NCBI GenBank assembly: GCA_963833985.1
Contig: CAWIAD010000002.1
Location: 2,400,001-2,464,000 of the forward strand
Source of the DNA: an uncultured Planctomycetaceae bacterium
GTDB taxonomy: Bacteria; Planctomycetota; Planctomycetia; Isosphaerales; Isosphaeraceae
Length of the DNA: 64,000 bases
Reading direction: 5' to 3'
Part shown: piece by piece, positions 52,180-63,879 of the stretch
Position numbering within the stretch: position 1 is the stretch's first letter
Layout of the letters: each line of letters starts with the position of its first letter
The notes under the pieces: generated by a model
Told to the model about the DNA's origin: nothing
Seen by the model: only the letters and a program-made list of their open reading frames with translations
Databases searched by the model: none
Position numbers and translations under genes: made by a program

Positions 52180-55100
52180 ATGAATTTCGATACGCGCCGC
52201 GCATCATTTCCCCAACGATCATCGCAGCTTCTCCCGCTCCCGAGGGAAGGATCATTCAGGGAAGGGACCGCCAGCTCCTCCGCCATCGACCGAACTCGGC
52301 TCCAGGAATGGAGATCAACCAGGTTGACGCGATCTTCTAGTTTCCAGGTCGGTATTCTGTGCTCGGGCCCGTCGTTCCAGGTCCAGCGATCGTCGGGTGT
52401 GAGCCGCAGCCGTCGCGGCGGTCTGGTGGCGTCGGCCGCAGTCACAGCGCTCTTGATGGGGCTGTACATCGCGGCGCCCAGGCCGGCATGCGGTCAGGGA
52501 CCCGGCCACAGCGCTTTCGAAGTTTTACCCCGACTCCAGCGAGAAGGCCGAAACGCTGCTGCGCAACGCGGGCAGCCACGCAAGCGACGGCCAGTGGTCC
52601 GAGGCCATCGAGATCTATCAGCGGATCATCGAACAGTACGGCGACAAGGTGGCCAAGCTTCCCAGGGAGAAGGACGCTCAGAAAGAGAAAGTTGAGGACC
52701 CTTCGGCTGACGAGTTCCTGCTCTTTGTCGACCTGCGGGCTTACTGCCACCGGGCCATCGCCAAGCTGCCTCCCGCGGCGCGGGCCATCTACCGCAACCG
52801 CATGGACGGCCTGGCCGAGCGCTGGTTTCAGGAAGGGGCCCGCCAGCGCGATCCGGCCTTGTTGCGGCGGGTCGTGGAACTGACGTTTTGCAGTTCCTGG
52901 GGTGACGAGGTGCTCGAGTTACTGGGCGACCTGGCATTCCAGGATGGGCGGTTTGGCGAGGCGCTGGCAATGTACCGGCCGCTTGTCCCGGACCGCCCCG
53001 AGGACACGTCTTCCCTGGTCCATCCCGACCCCAGCGTGGATCTGCCCCGGATTGCGGCCAAGAAGCTGCTGTGCCGGGCGGCGACCGGCGAGAAGCTGGA
53101 CGCCGACGCCGAGCTGGACGCCTACCGCAAGCGCTACCCGCAAGCCGCCGGCGAGCTGACCGGCCGGAAGGGTGCCTACGCAAGGATCCTCCAGGAATCG
53201 CTGCGGCTCGACCACCTGTTTCCCCCCGCCCAGCCTGATAGCCGCTGGCCCACCTTCGCCGGCGCCTTCTGCGCAGCCGGGTGGTCAACGAACCGATCGA
53301 CGTCGGCTCGCTCCAGTGGAAGGTGGCACTGGAGCGGATCATGCCGGGACGGCCGACCTATCCCTACGGATTTCCGCGGAATGTGCCCTCCAACCAGACG
53401 CTGCCGCCGGACCGGCTGCTTGGTTACCACCCGATCGTCCTGGGAGACCAGGTCATCGTGTGCGACGGGTCGCGCGTGCTGGCGTACAACCTGAGCGATC
53501 GGCCGGGCAACCGTGACAGCGGCCTGGCGCTGGCCATCGAACCGGCGTGGAAGCATGATCCCGAGACCGCGGCGCCGCAGGCCTATCGGACCAATTCCGG
53601 CATCCCCCGTTACACGCTCACCGCGGTGGGCAATCGCATTTACGCCCGCATGGGTGCGGCGACGCCTTCACCGTTTGGCGGCGGCCGGGGAGCCTCGTTC
53701 AGCTCCAGCTTCATCATCGCCTTGGACTGGAGTGCCCAGGGCAAGCTCATCTGGATGCAGCGGTCGAGCGACCTGGTCCTGCCCAATCGCGCCGCCGACC
53801 GGATGAACCGGTCGGTGAACTTCGAGGGGACGCCGGTGGCCGACAGCCGCAACGTCTTCGTCGCGGTGACCGATCGCCGTGAGCAGACGGCGACGTACGT
53901 GGCCTGTTTCGACGCAGACACCGGCACGGTGCGCTGGGTGCGGTACCTCGGCGCGGCAACCACCGAGGTGGACAACTTCATGGGCGGTATGGGCGGGATG
54001 GGATTCGCCGCCCCGATGGCCAGCGACTACGGCCACCGGCTGCTCTCGCTCGACGGCCCGTTTCTCTATTACCAGACCAACCTGGGTGCCGTGGTGGCGC
54101 TCGAGGCCGAGACCGGGGTTGTTCGCTGGGTGGCCAATTACCCGCGTCAGGATCAGGGCCGTTTCGGCGGCAGCGACCGCGACCTGAACCCGGCGGTCGT
54201 GCACGACGGTCTGGTGATCGTGGCGCCCAGTGATGCCGCGGCCATCTACGCGTTCGCCGCCGACACCGGCCGGCTGGTCTGGAAGACCGACCCGATTGCC
54301 GAGGAGATCAAGCTGACGCACCTCCTGGGGGTGGCCAAGGGACGGCTGGTGGCCACCGGCGATCGCGTTCTGCTCTTCGACGTCAAGACGGGCAAGCTGG
54401 CGGCCACCTGGCCCGACTCGGGCAAGTTCGAGGGTTACGGCCGCGGCCTGCTGGCGGGAAGTCGGATCTACTGGCCCACCCGGGACCGGATCGAAATTCT
54501 CGATCAGGGTTCAGGGCAGCGGGCCGAGCCGCCCATCAAGCTGATGGAGATCTACCGCACGCCCGGGGGCAACCTGGTTGCCGGCGACGGCTACCTGATC
54601 GTGGCACAACCCGACGCGCTGGTCGTCTTCTGCCAGAACAGCCGGCTGATCGAGCGCTATCGCGACGAGATCGCGCACAACCCGGAGCATGCCGCGACTC
54701 ATTACCGTCTGGCGCGGGCCGCGGAGGCCGTGGGCCGCGAACAGCTCGCGCTCGATTCGTACGCTCAGGCCAGCGAGCGGGCGCGACCCTCGGAGACCAT
54801 CGACGGCGTACCCCTGGCGGAGGCTGCTCAGGACCATCGCTTCCGCCTGCTCTTGCGGGTGGCGTCGGCGGCACGCCAGGGGAAGAAATATGCCGAGGCG
54901 ATCCGGGGACTGGAGACGGCCGGGCGGATCGCCCGTTCCGATGGCGACCGGCTGCGCGCCCGGCTGCTGCTGGCCGAGACCGAGGTGCAGGACGAACGGC
55001 CCGGGCGAGCCATCGGCATCCTCGAGCGGGTGCTCGCGGATGACCGGCTGCGGGTCCTGACCGTGAGCAGCGAGGACGGCCACCGCGCCATCCGCGCGGA

Positions 55101-56871
55101 CCTGCTGATTGCCGATCGGCTGGGGGAGCTGGTCCGCGACCGTGGGCGGGCGATCTACGCCGCCTCGGACCACACCGCACGCACGCTCTATGAACGGGGA
55201 CAGCGCGAGCAGGATCCGCGGCTGCTCGAGGAAGTCAGCCGGATCTTCCCGGCTGCGGAGGTGGTTCCGGAGGCCTTGCTGGAGCTGGGACGGCTGCACC
55301 AGAAGGCCGGGCGGCCGGCGGCCGCCACCGTGGCGTACAAGCGGCTGCTCGCCTCCAGCGGGGTCTCGGACATGGCGCGTGCCCGGGCGCTCTGGAAGCT
55401 GGCCCATGTCTACGAGGAGGAAAACTACCTGGTCTCGGCGCGCGACGCCTACGTGCAGCTTCAGAGCCGCTACGGCCGTATCAAGCTGCCGGAACTGGGC
55501 GGCGAGGTGGCGCTGGGGGAGCGGGTCTCGGCCGAGCTGGCCCGTGGTTCGCTGGCGCAGATCGCGGTGGACCGCCCCCGGGCGGCCATTCCACTCCCTC
55601 TGGGACGACGCTGGCACGTCCCTCAGCACGCCGCCCGCAATCTGCGGATCCTGAGCGCCTGCGGCACTCCTCCCGGCCTGCAATCCAGCCGCGCCTTCCT
55701 GGTGGAGGGACCGACGCTCACGCCGCTGGATCCCGCGACGGGCTCCCCCCGCTGGACCGTGGAGCTGGGGGCGCCCGCGGTCTGGGTGGGCTACCTGTCG
55801 GACAAGGTGGTGGCTGCCTCGGCGTTGCGGCTGGTCGGGCTTGACCCGGCCAGCGGGGCCGAGCAGTGGTCGTTCGCAGCCGCGGCGCCGGTCCGTGCCC
55901 GCCGCCTTCCCGACCCCTTCGCCCGCGCCGAGCAGGCGCCCGCGGAAGAGTCCAGGGCCCAGTTCCACGATTTCCACGCGGTCAACGGCCGGCTCTTCTG
56001 CCTGCGCGGTGACGAGGAGCTGATCGCCATCGACGCTGACCGCGGTGCGGTGGACTGGTCATTCACCTCCCGCGACGGGGCCATCAACCCCAGGCTCTGG
56101 ATCGGTAGCGAGCGCGTGCTCCTCCAGGTGCAGAACCCCAACCGCCTGCTGGTGCTCGAGACCGAGACCGGCCGGCAGGTGGCGCGCACCCCTCTGGCCG
56201 ACGGCGATGCGCTGGAAAGCGCACCGGTGCCGATTGGCGAGGACCATGTTCTGCTGGTGCCGGATCGCCGCACCGTCAAGAAATACGACCTCGAGCGCGG
56301 CGCGTTCGTCTGGAATTATCGCGAGAGCACGGAGATGCCGGTGAACGGGCCGCCCCGGGTCCTGGTCGACGCCGAGCGCGTGCTGGTCCTGCACGACGGC
56401 CGCGTGCTCATTCGCCTGGACCCCCAGAGCGGAGCCCGGCGCTGGGCGACCGTGCTGGGCATCGAGGACCTGAGCAACCGCCCCGAGGCGATCGCCTGGG
56501 ATGATCGTCGGGTCTACTGTGCCAGCCAGCAAACCCTGCGGGCGCTTTCCCTGGACGACGGCACGTCGCTGTGGATGCGCCACCTCTCGGGACCGGAGAA
56601 CGCGCTCTGGTCGCTGGCCCTGTCCGATCGCTGCGTGATCGCTTATCCCAGCCTCTCGAATCTTTCCGAGGGCGAGACCGAAAGCATGCCGGTCGTCGTC
56701 CGGCGGCAAGAGACCGGCGCCCTGGTGCAACGGTTCGTCTTTCCCGCGACGATCGCCGATGTGAATGTGAAACTGGACTCCCGTGGAGTGCTCGTGGCGA
56801 CGTATCGCGGCCTCTGGGCGCTGGGCGGTCGGGACGGCGGTGGTGAGACGAAGCCCTCCCCTCTTCCCTGA
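52180..56871 (+). CDS. Large exported PQQ-like beta-propeller/TPR protein (BamB-like repeats), apparent indels near 52515 and 53265
   Basis: Signal-like ...ALLMGLYIAAPRPACGQ; repeated A.D..TG...W blades; TPR helices; three consecutive frames join; start uncertain. Confidence 0.78.
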
Positions 56872-56990
56872 AGGTGCGCTGCGATAGGCTCAACCTTGAA
56901 GTTGATTGATCTGGTCCGCCGGTCCGTGCTGCTGCGCAGGTTCGTGCTACCCGCGCGGGCCGTCAGCCGCCCCTTGATGGAGAAACCCGC

Positions 56991-58076
56991 GTGAGCGACA
57001 TTCCAGAAGAAGCCCCGGTTCCGCTCGAGGGCGACGACCTTGCCTCCGTGGAGCGCCTCAAGGAGGCGTTCGGGCTGCTCAAGTCCGAGATGAGCAAGGT
57101 GATCGTCGGCCAGCACGCCGTGCTCGAGGAACTGCTGATCGCCATCTTCGCACGCGGGCATTGCCTGCTGATCGGCGTGCCGGGGCTGGCCAAGACCCTC
57201 ATGATCCACACCCTGGCCGATGCGCTGAACCTGACGTACAACCGCATCCAGTTCACGCCCGACCTGATGCCCTCGGACATCACCGGCACCGAGGTCATCC
57301 AGGAGGACAAGGCGACCGGTCTGCGACAGTTCAAGTTCCTCCGCGGGCCGGTGTTCGCCAACATCGTGCTGGCCGACGAGGTGAACCGGACGCCGCCGAA
57401 GACGCAGGCCGCGCTGCTGGAGGCCATGCAAGAACGGCAGGTGACCGTGGGCGGCGAGCGGCACCGTCTGCCAGACCCCTTCTTCGTGCTGGCCACCCAG
57501 AACCCGATCGAGCAGGAAGGGACCTACCCGCTTCCCGAGGCCCAGCTCGACCGGTTCATGCTCAACATCCTGGTCGACTACCCCTCGGAGGAAGAGGAGC
57601 TGGACATCGTCCGGCTGACGACGTCGATCCATCGTCCAGTGGTGACCAAGGTGCTCTCGGGCAACGACATCCTCAACTTGCAGGAGATCGTCCGCAAGGT
57701 GCCCGTGGCCGACCATGCGGCGCGCTACGCCGTCCGCCTGACGCGCAGCACGCGCAGGGACAAGGAGGACGCTCCTGCCTTCGTGCGTGATTTCGTGAGC
57801 TGGGGCGCGGGACCGCGCGCCAGCCAGTACCTGATCCTGGCGGCCAAGGCCCGGGCCGTGCTGCACGGCAACTATCATGTCTCGATCGAGGACATCCGCG
57901 CCGTGGCCGGTCCGGTATTGCGGCACCGGATCATCACCAACTTCAACGCCGAGGCCGAGGGACTGAAGCCCGACGACATCGTCGCGCGGCTGATCAAGAC
58001 GCTTCCGATCGATGACCACGAGGCCGAGCAAGGTGGAAAACTCCCAAAACTATTTAGATCCGCAAACGCTGGCTAG
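56991..58076 (+). CDS. moxR: MoxR family AAA+ ATPase
   Basis: GVPGLAKT, RIQFTPDLMPSDITG, LADEVNRTPPKTQAALLEAMQE, ATQNPIEQEGTYPLPEAQLDRF. Confidence 0.96.
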   Translation: MSDIPEEAPVPLEGDDLASVERLKEAFGLLKSEMSKVIVGQHAVLEELLIAIFARGHCLLIGVPGLAKTLMIHTLADALNLTYNRIQFTPDLMPSDITGTEVIQEDKATGLRQFKFLRGPVFANIVLADEVNRTPPKTQAALLEAMQERQVTVGGERHRLPDPFFVLATQNPIEQEGTYPLPEAQLDRFMLNILVDYPSEEEELDIVRLTTSIHRPVVTKVLSGNDILNLQEIVRKVPVADHAARYAVRLTRSTRRDKEDAPAFVRDFVSWGAGPRASQYLILAAKARAVLHGNYHVSIEDIRAVAGPVLRHRIITNFNAEAEGLKPDDIVARLIKTLPIDDHEAEQGGKLPKLFRSANAG

Positions 58077-58932
58077 TCTCGAGGGACTCGACCTGCAAGC
58101 GCGGCTTGTGGTCGAGGGCTACGTGGCAGGCATGCACCCCAGCCCCTACCACGGCTTCTCCGTCGAGTTCGCCGAGCACCGCGAGTACGTGCCCGGCGAC
58201 GACATCCGCCACGTCGACTGGAAAGTCTGGTCCAAGACGGACAAGCTCTACCTCAAGCAGTACGAGGAAGAGACCAACCTGCTGCTCTACCTGCTGCTGG
58301 ATACCAGCGAGTCGATGTCGTATGCATCGGGCCAGAACGTCTCCAAGCTGAGGTACTCGCAGTTCGTGATCGCCGCGCTGGCGTACCTGGTCATCCAGCA
58401 GCAAGATTCTGTGGGCCTGGGCCTGTTCGACGACTCGGTCCGCCGCTTCCTCCGGCCGGCCAGCCAGCCCTCGCACTTGAAGGAGCTGCTGCACGTCCTG
58501 GACGCCACGCCGGCCCGCGAGAAGTCCGACCTGGGCGCCGTGCTGCACGACCTGGCGGAGCGGTTCAAGAAGCGCGGGGTCGTCGCCATCTTCTCGGACT
58601 TCTTCGACGATCCCGGCCGGATCCTTGCCGGGCTCAAGCACTTTCGCCACCGCCGGCACGAGGTCATCGTGTTCCACGTGCTCGACCCGGCGGAGCTCGA
58701 ATTCCCGTTCCGGGAAACCACGCTGTTCAAGGGCCTGGAAGGCATGCCCGAGGTGCTCACCGAGCCGCACGCGCTGCGCAGGGCTTACCAGGAGGAGCTG
58801 AGCACCTTCCTCGAGGAGCTCAAGAAAGGCTGCCGCATGATCGACATCGACTACGTTCCCCTGCGCACCGACCAGAGCCTGGAAGGCCCGCTCTCCAGTT
58901 ATCTGGCTTCCAGGTCGGCGCGCGCTCTCTAG
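58012..58932 (+). CDS. DUF58 domain protein
   Basis: G.SVEFAEHREYVPGDDIRHVDWK, KQYEEE, LDTSESM, FSDF; alternative GTG start at 58033. Confidence 0.93.
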   Translation: MTTRPSKVENSQNYLDPQTLASLEGLDLQARLVVEGYVAGMHPSPYHGFSVEFAEHREYVPGDDIRHVDWKVWSKTDKLYLKQYEEETNLLLYLLLDTSESMSYASGQNVSKLRYSQFVIAALAYLVIQQQDSVGLGLFDDSVRRFLRPASQPSHLKELLHVLDATPAREKSDLGAVLHDLAERFKKRGVVAIFSDFFDDPGRILAGLKHFRHRRHEVIVFHVLDPAELEFPFRETTLFKGLEGMPEVLTEPHALRRAYQEELSTFLEELKKGCRMIDIDYVPLRTDQSLEGPLSSYLASRSARAL

Positions 58933-59052
58933 GTTTCGAGACGACACAACAATTTCACGAGGGTTAGGGACCTGCGGGCCGGAGCGCATTGCGGCCCGTG
59001 GAATCGCTGACCCTGCTCAAGGCCTCATCGGGTGTACCTGGACTCACGCCTC

Positions 59053-61263
59053 ATGCTTCCGCACGTGTCATTACCGCTGCTCTGGGCGCTCGAGTTCGCC
59101 AACCCCGGCCTGCTGGCCGGCGTGGCGGCCGCGTCGATCCCGATCATCATCCACCTGCTGAACCGCCGCAAGTTCCGCGAGATGTCGTGGGCGGCCATGC
59201 AGTTCCTGATGGCGGCGATCCGCAAGAACCAGCGCCGGGTGCGGATCGAACAGTGGCTGCTGCTGGCCCTGCGCACGCTGCTCATCCTGCTCATCGTCGC
59301 GGCCATGGCCAAGCCCTTTCTGGAGAGCTTCGGCAACGTGATCGCCGGCCGGCGGACGCACCGGGTGCTGGTGCTCGACGGGTCCCTGAGCATGGGCTAC
59401 AGCAACGGCGATTCCAGCCGCTTCGACCAGGCCAAGGCGGTTGCGACGCAGCTTGTCAAGGACTCGCGGCAGGGCGATTCGATCAGCCTGATCGTCATGA
59501 GCGAGCCCCCGCGGGTCGTCATCGGCGACCCGTCGCCGAACCTTGCCGAGGTGCAGAAGGAAGTCGCGGAGCTCACGTTGACGCACGGGGCGACCGACCT
59601 CCAGGCAACGTTCGAGGCCATCGATCGCGTCCTCGATGTCTCGAGCATCGACCAGAAAGAGATCATCTTCCTGTCCGACCTGCAAAACACGAGCTGGCGC
59701 CGGCCGGCGTCGAGCGGCAAGGACGGCCTGGAGCGGGTGCTGGCGAAGATCGAGGCGCGGCGGCCGCGCTCGGTGGTCATCGATCTGGGCAAGACGGGCA
59801 GCGAGAACAGGGCGGTCACCGGCCTGGCCATCGACGTCCCCGTGGTCACGGCCGGAGCGACACCCCTGGTCCGCGGGACCCTGCGCAATTTCGGTCCGTC
59901 GCGGGCGGAGAGCGTGCTCATCCGCCTGGTGATGGACGGCCGGGTGAGCGCGGAGCAGTCCGTCGAGCTGCCCGTCGGCGAGGATGTGCCGGTGATCTTC
60001 AACCAGACCTTCGGTTCGCCCGGCGATCACACGCTTGAATTGACGATGGACAATGATCCGCTTCCCCTGGACGATCGGCGCTGGCTGGTCGTGCCGGTGC
60101 GCGAGTCGATCTCGGTGCTCCTGGTGGACGGCCACTTCCGCTCCGAGCCATTCCAGGCCGAGACCGACTACCTCGCCCAGGCGCTGGCGCCGACGGAGGG
60201 TTCGCCCGGCCAACCGGGGATGATCCGCTCCGACGTGGTGACCGAATCGCGACTCTCGGGACGCGACCTGGCGGCCTACGACGTGGTGGCCCTGTGCAAC
60301 GTGGCCCAGTTCAGCCAGGCCGAGGTCACCGCGCTGACGGACTATCTCAAGCAGGGCGGAGGACTCATCGTCTTCGGCGGCGACCAGGTCATCACTGATA
60401 ATTACAACCGGCTGCTCTACGCCGACGGCAAGGGCATCTTGCCGGCCGCGCTGGGGCCGGCCGTGGGGGACGCCGCCCGCAAGCAAGCCGGCTTCGCCTT
60501 CAACCCGCTGGGATACCGGCACCCGCTCTTGACCGAGTTCCGGGGCCAGCGCGACCCGGTCCTGGCGGGCCTCACGCAGGCGGTGGTGTGGCAGTATCAC
60601 AAGCTGGTGCTGCCGCCGGAGAGCCCCGCCCAGGTCGCCCTCCGCTTCGACACCGGAGACCCGGCGGTGATCGAGGCGCCCGTCGCGCACGGCAAGGTGA
60701 TCGTCGTGGCCACCTCGGCCGACGCGGGCTGGACGAGCTGGCCCCTGCACAACAGCTACCCGCCGATCATGCAGCAGATGGTGCTCCAGGCCGCCTCGGG
60801 CCGGCTCGCCGAGCGGAACATCCGGGTTGGCCAGCCCTTCGATCAGACCTACGGGGCCACCGGCGCGCTGGCCAGCGCGACGGTGCTTAACCCCAAGGGC
60901 CAGAGTTTGCCGGCCCGGCTCAAGGCCGCCGGAAATACCAGCCAGCTCCATTTCGAGCAGACGGAGCTCTCCGGCACGTACCAGGTGCGGATCGGGGCGC
61001 CCCTGGCCGTGGAGAATAGCTTCGCCGCCAACCCCGACCCCGCCGAGAGCGACCTGGCCAAGCTGGACCGCGCGGGGCTCGAGCAGAGGCTTCCCGGCTG
61101 GAACTTCGTGCACATGGCCAACTGGCGTGAGCTCAGCCAGAACGCCGCGTCCGTGGGCCGGCGCGGGGAGCTGCACCGTCCCTTGCTCTACGGAGCGCTC
61201 GTGGTCTTGCTGCTGGAATCGTTCCTGGCCTGGAAGTTCGGACATCACAGTACCTCTGGATAA
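59053..61263 (+). CDS. BatA-type N-terminal double-TM plus vWA domain protein
   Basis: PIIIHLLNRRK...WAAMQFL, MIDAS-like DGSLSM, LSDLQ, C-terminal TM. Confidence 0.9.
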   Translation: MLPHVSLPLLWALEFANPGLLAGVAAASIPIIIHLLNRRKFREMSWAAMQFLMAAIRKNQRRVRIEQWLLLALRTLLILLIVAAMAKPFLESFGNVIAGRRTHRVLVLDGSLSMGYSNGDSSRFDQAKAVATQLVKDSRQGDSISLIVMSEPPRVVIGDPSPNLAEVQKEVAELTLTHGATDLQATFEAIDRVLDVSSIDQKEIIFLSDLQNTSWRRPASSGKDGLERVLAKIEARRPRSVVIDLGKTGSENRAVTGLAIDVPVVTAGATPLVRGTLRNFGPSRAESVLIRLVMDGRVSAEQSVELPVGEDVPVIFNQTFGSPGDHTLELTMDNDPLPLDDRRWLVVPVRESISVLLVDGHFRSEPFQAETDYLAQALAPTEGSPGQPGMIRSDVVTESRLSGRDLAAYDVVALCNVAQFSQAEVTALTDYLKQGGGLIVFGGDQVITDNYNRLLYADGKGILPAALGPAVGDAARKQAGFAFNPLGYRHPLLTEFRGQRDPVLAGLTQAVVWQYHKLVLPPESPAQVALRFDTGDPAVIEAPVAHGKVIVVATSADAGWTSWPLHNSYPPIMQQMVLQAASGRLAERNIRVGQPFDQTYGATGALASATVLNPKGQSLPARLKAAGNTSQLHFEQTELSGTYQVRIGAPLAVENSFAANPDPAESDLAKLDRAGLEQRLPGWNFVHMANWRELSQNAASVGRRGELHRPLLYGALVVLLLESFLAWKFGHHSTSG

Positions 61264-61275
61264 GGCAGGTTCCCG

Positions 61276-63744
61276 GTGAGGGAGTGGATCTATCAGAAGC
61301 TGGCGGACGCCCTGAGCGTGCCGCCTCCCCAGGCCGGTGAGGCGATCTCGCCGCAACTGCGGTTCGAGCAGCCCTGGCCGCAGTGGCTGCTGCTGGCCGT
61401 CGTGCTTGGCGGCTCGGCGCTGTTCCTCGGCGTCTATCGCCGCGAGGGCAGGGCCTCGGCGGCCATGAAGTATTTCCTGGCCTCCATCCGCATCGGCCTG
61501 CTGCTGCTCCTGGTGCTGATGATCTCCGAGGCGGTGCTCTCGGTGGAACGCACCGGCTTGCCCTACCTGACGATCTTGATCGACGACTCGGCGAGCCAGC
61601 AGATCGCCGACCAGTACGAGCGCACCGAGACCCGCGCGGCGCTCCAGGCGCTGGCGCGTCAGGCGTCGGCTCCATCGGCGGCGAGCACTGCTGCCGGCAA
61701 CACGGGCACAGCAGCCGGCGCCGCTCTGGCCGCCAGCGACGTGCCCAGGATCGAGATCTCCAAGGGGCTGCTCATGAAGGACAAGGCCCACCTGCTCCAG
61801 GAGCTCCAGAAGCAGCACAAGGTCCGTCTTTACCTGGTGTCCAATTCCGCGCGGCTGCTCGCCGAGGTGGACCGCCCTGGCGACATTCCGGAGGCCCTGG
61901 AAAAGCTGCGGGCCGTCCAGGGAAGCGGTAGCCAGACCCGCCTGGGTGACAGCACGCGGCAGGTGCTCACCGAGCTGCGCGGCGCACCGCCGTCGGCGAT
62001 CGTGCTCCTCTCCGACGGCCAGACCACCGAGGGGGAAGGGCTGGCCAAGGCTGCCGAGATGGCGGCGCGGAAGGGGGTTCCCATGTTCATCGTGGGCATG
62101 GGCAGCGCCGAGCCGGCACGCGACCTGGAGCTCACCGAGCTGCTCGTCGACGACGTGGTCTTCGTGGATGACGCGGTTCGCTTCCAGGCCAAGCTGCTGC
62201 GCGCGGCTTCCAGGGGCAGAGCGTCACAGTCCGGCTGCTCGAGAAGGACCCGGCGAGCCCCGACCCCAGGGCCGCGCGAGCTGGCCCAGGTGCAGGTGGA
62301 AGCGCCCGCCGACGGCCAGCCGAGACGCGTGGAGCTGGTGCACCGTCCCAGGACCACCGGCGAGCGCACGTTCGTGCTGGAGGTGGAGCCGAAGCCGCGC
62401 GAGCTTCAGGTCGAGAACAACCGGATCGAGCGGGCCGTCACCGTGCGCAAGGAAAAGCTCAAGGTGCTGCTGGTGGAGAGCGAGCCGAGGTATGAGTTCC
62501 GGTATCTGAAGAACTACCTCGAGCGCGAGGAGACGATCGACCTCTCGGTCGTGCTGCTCTCCTCGGATCCCGAGTACAGCGAGCAGGACCGATCGGCCCT
62601 GCCCACCTTCCCCGCCGCCAAGGATGAGCTTTTCGCCTTCGACGTGGTGATCGTGGGCGATGCCGATCCGGGCTTCCTGAGCCATTCGCAGATGCAGAAC
62701 CTCTCCGAGTTCGTGACCGACAAGGGAGGGGGCATCCTGTTCGTGGCCGGCGAAACGTTCAACCCGCTCGGTTACCGCGGCACGCCGCTGGAATTGCTGC
62801 TGCCGATCGAGCTGGCCGATGCCCGCAACCCCACGGCGGTGGGCAATGCGCTCAGCGCGTACCGGCCGGAGCTCACCGTCGAGGGACGCTCGAGCCCGAT
62901 CTTCCGCTTTGGCGACAGCGAGGCGGCCAGCGCACTGATCTGGCAAAACCTGCCCATGCTGTACTGGTACTTCGAGGCGCCCCGCAAGAAGCCCGCGGCC
63001 CTGGTGCTGGCGGAGCACCCCACCGCCATGGGGAGCGAGGGCAAGCTGCCTCTGGATCTCTACCAGTTCGCGGGCGCCGGCAAGGCCATGTTCCATGCCT
63101 TCGACGACACCTGGCGCTGGCGGTTCCGCTCCGGCGACCGCTACTTCGGCCGGTTCTGGGTCCAGGCCATCCGTTTCCTGGCGCGCTCGAAGCTGGTTGG
63201 CCAGCGGCAGGCGGAGATCCAGACCGACCGCGTGAAGTACGAGCGCGGGCAGCCCATCCGGCTGCGGGTGCGTTTCCCCAACCCCGGCCTCGCGCCCGCC
63301 ACGGGGTCGGTCACGGTACAGATCGAGCGCAACGGGTCCAGCCCGCGGAAGCTGACGCTCAACCAGTTGACGGGCCTCCGCAATGTCTTCGAGGGGGCGC
63401 TGCCGCAGGCGACCGAGGGGGAGTACGAGGTGCGGCTCTTGCCTCCGCCCATCCTTGACGGCCCGATTCCCACCGCGAGCTTCCGAGTCGAGGCGCCGGC
63501 CAGCGAGCTGGAGCGGGTGCAGATGAACGAGGCCGAGATGGTCCGGGCCGCGGCCGCCACCGGGGGCAAGTTCTACACGCCCCTTGCCGCCGATTCCCTG
63601 TTACAGGACCTGCCCAGGCCGTCCAAGGTCCCGCTCGATACCGACCCGCCGATCCCGCTCTGGAACACGTATCCGGTGCTGGGCCTGTTCCTGGCCCTGA
63701 TCACCCTGGAGTGGGTTCTCCGGAAACGCAAGCAGATGGTATGA
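61276..63744 (+). CDS. vWA domain membrane protein (compensating indels near 62198 and 62272)
   Basis: IDDSASQ, LLSDGQTT, PRYEFRYLKN, TWRWR, LEWVLRKR; segment 62198-62272 reads better in another frame (ARGFQGQSVTVRLLEKDP). Confidence 0.88.
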   Translation: MREWIYQKLADALSVPPPQAGEAISPQLRFEQPWPQWLLLAVVLGGSALFLGVYRREGRASAAMKYFLASIRIGLLLLLVLMISEAVLSVERTGLPYLTILIDDSASQQIADQYERTETRAALQALARQASAPSAASTAAGNTGTAAGAALAASDVPRIEISKGLLMKDKAHLLQELQKQHKVRLYLVSNSARLLAEVDRPGDIPEALEKLRAVQGSGSQTRLGDSTRQVLTELRGAPPSAIVLLSDGQTTEGEGLAKAAEMAARKGVPMFIVGMGSAEPARDLELTELLVDDVVFVDDAVRFQAKLLRAASRGRASQSGCSRRTRRAPTPGPRELAQVQVEAPADGQPRRVELVHRPRTTGERTFVLEVEPKPRELQVENNRIERAVTVRKEKLKVLLVESEPRYEFRYLKNYLEREETIDLSVVLLSSDPEYSEQDRSALPTFPAAKDELFAFDVVIVGDADPGFLSHSQMQNLSEFVTDKGGGILFVAGETFNPLGYRGTPLELLLPIELADARNPTAVGNALSAYRPELTVEGRSSPIFRFGDSEAASALIWQNLPMLYWYFEAPRKKPAALVLAEHPTAMGSEGKLPLDLYQFAGAGKAMFHAFDDTWRWRFRSGDRYFGRFWVQAIRFLARSKLVGQRQAEIQTDRVKYERGQPIRLRVRFPNPGLAPATGSVTVQIERNGSSPRKLTLNQLTGLRNVFEGALPQATEGEYEVRLLPPPILDGPIPTASFRVEAPASELERVQMNEAEMVRAAAATGGKFYTPLAADSLLQDLPRPSKVPLDTDPPIPLWNTYPVLGLFLALITLEWVLRKRKQMV

Positions 63745-63879
63745 TCGTTGCTCACTTGGTAGGTGACCTCAGATGATTGCCGAACCGCCGTCCGGACAGA
63801 TCGAATCGAGCCACGCGTTTCCGCCCGGGACTCACCGGGTGGGGGCCCACCACACTCTTACTTGGGCCGGGAGGGGTCG

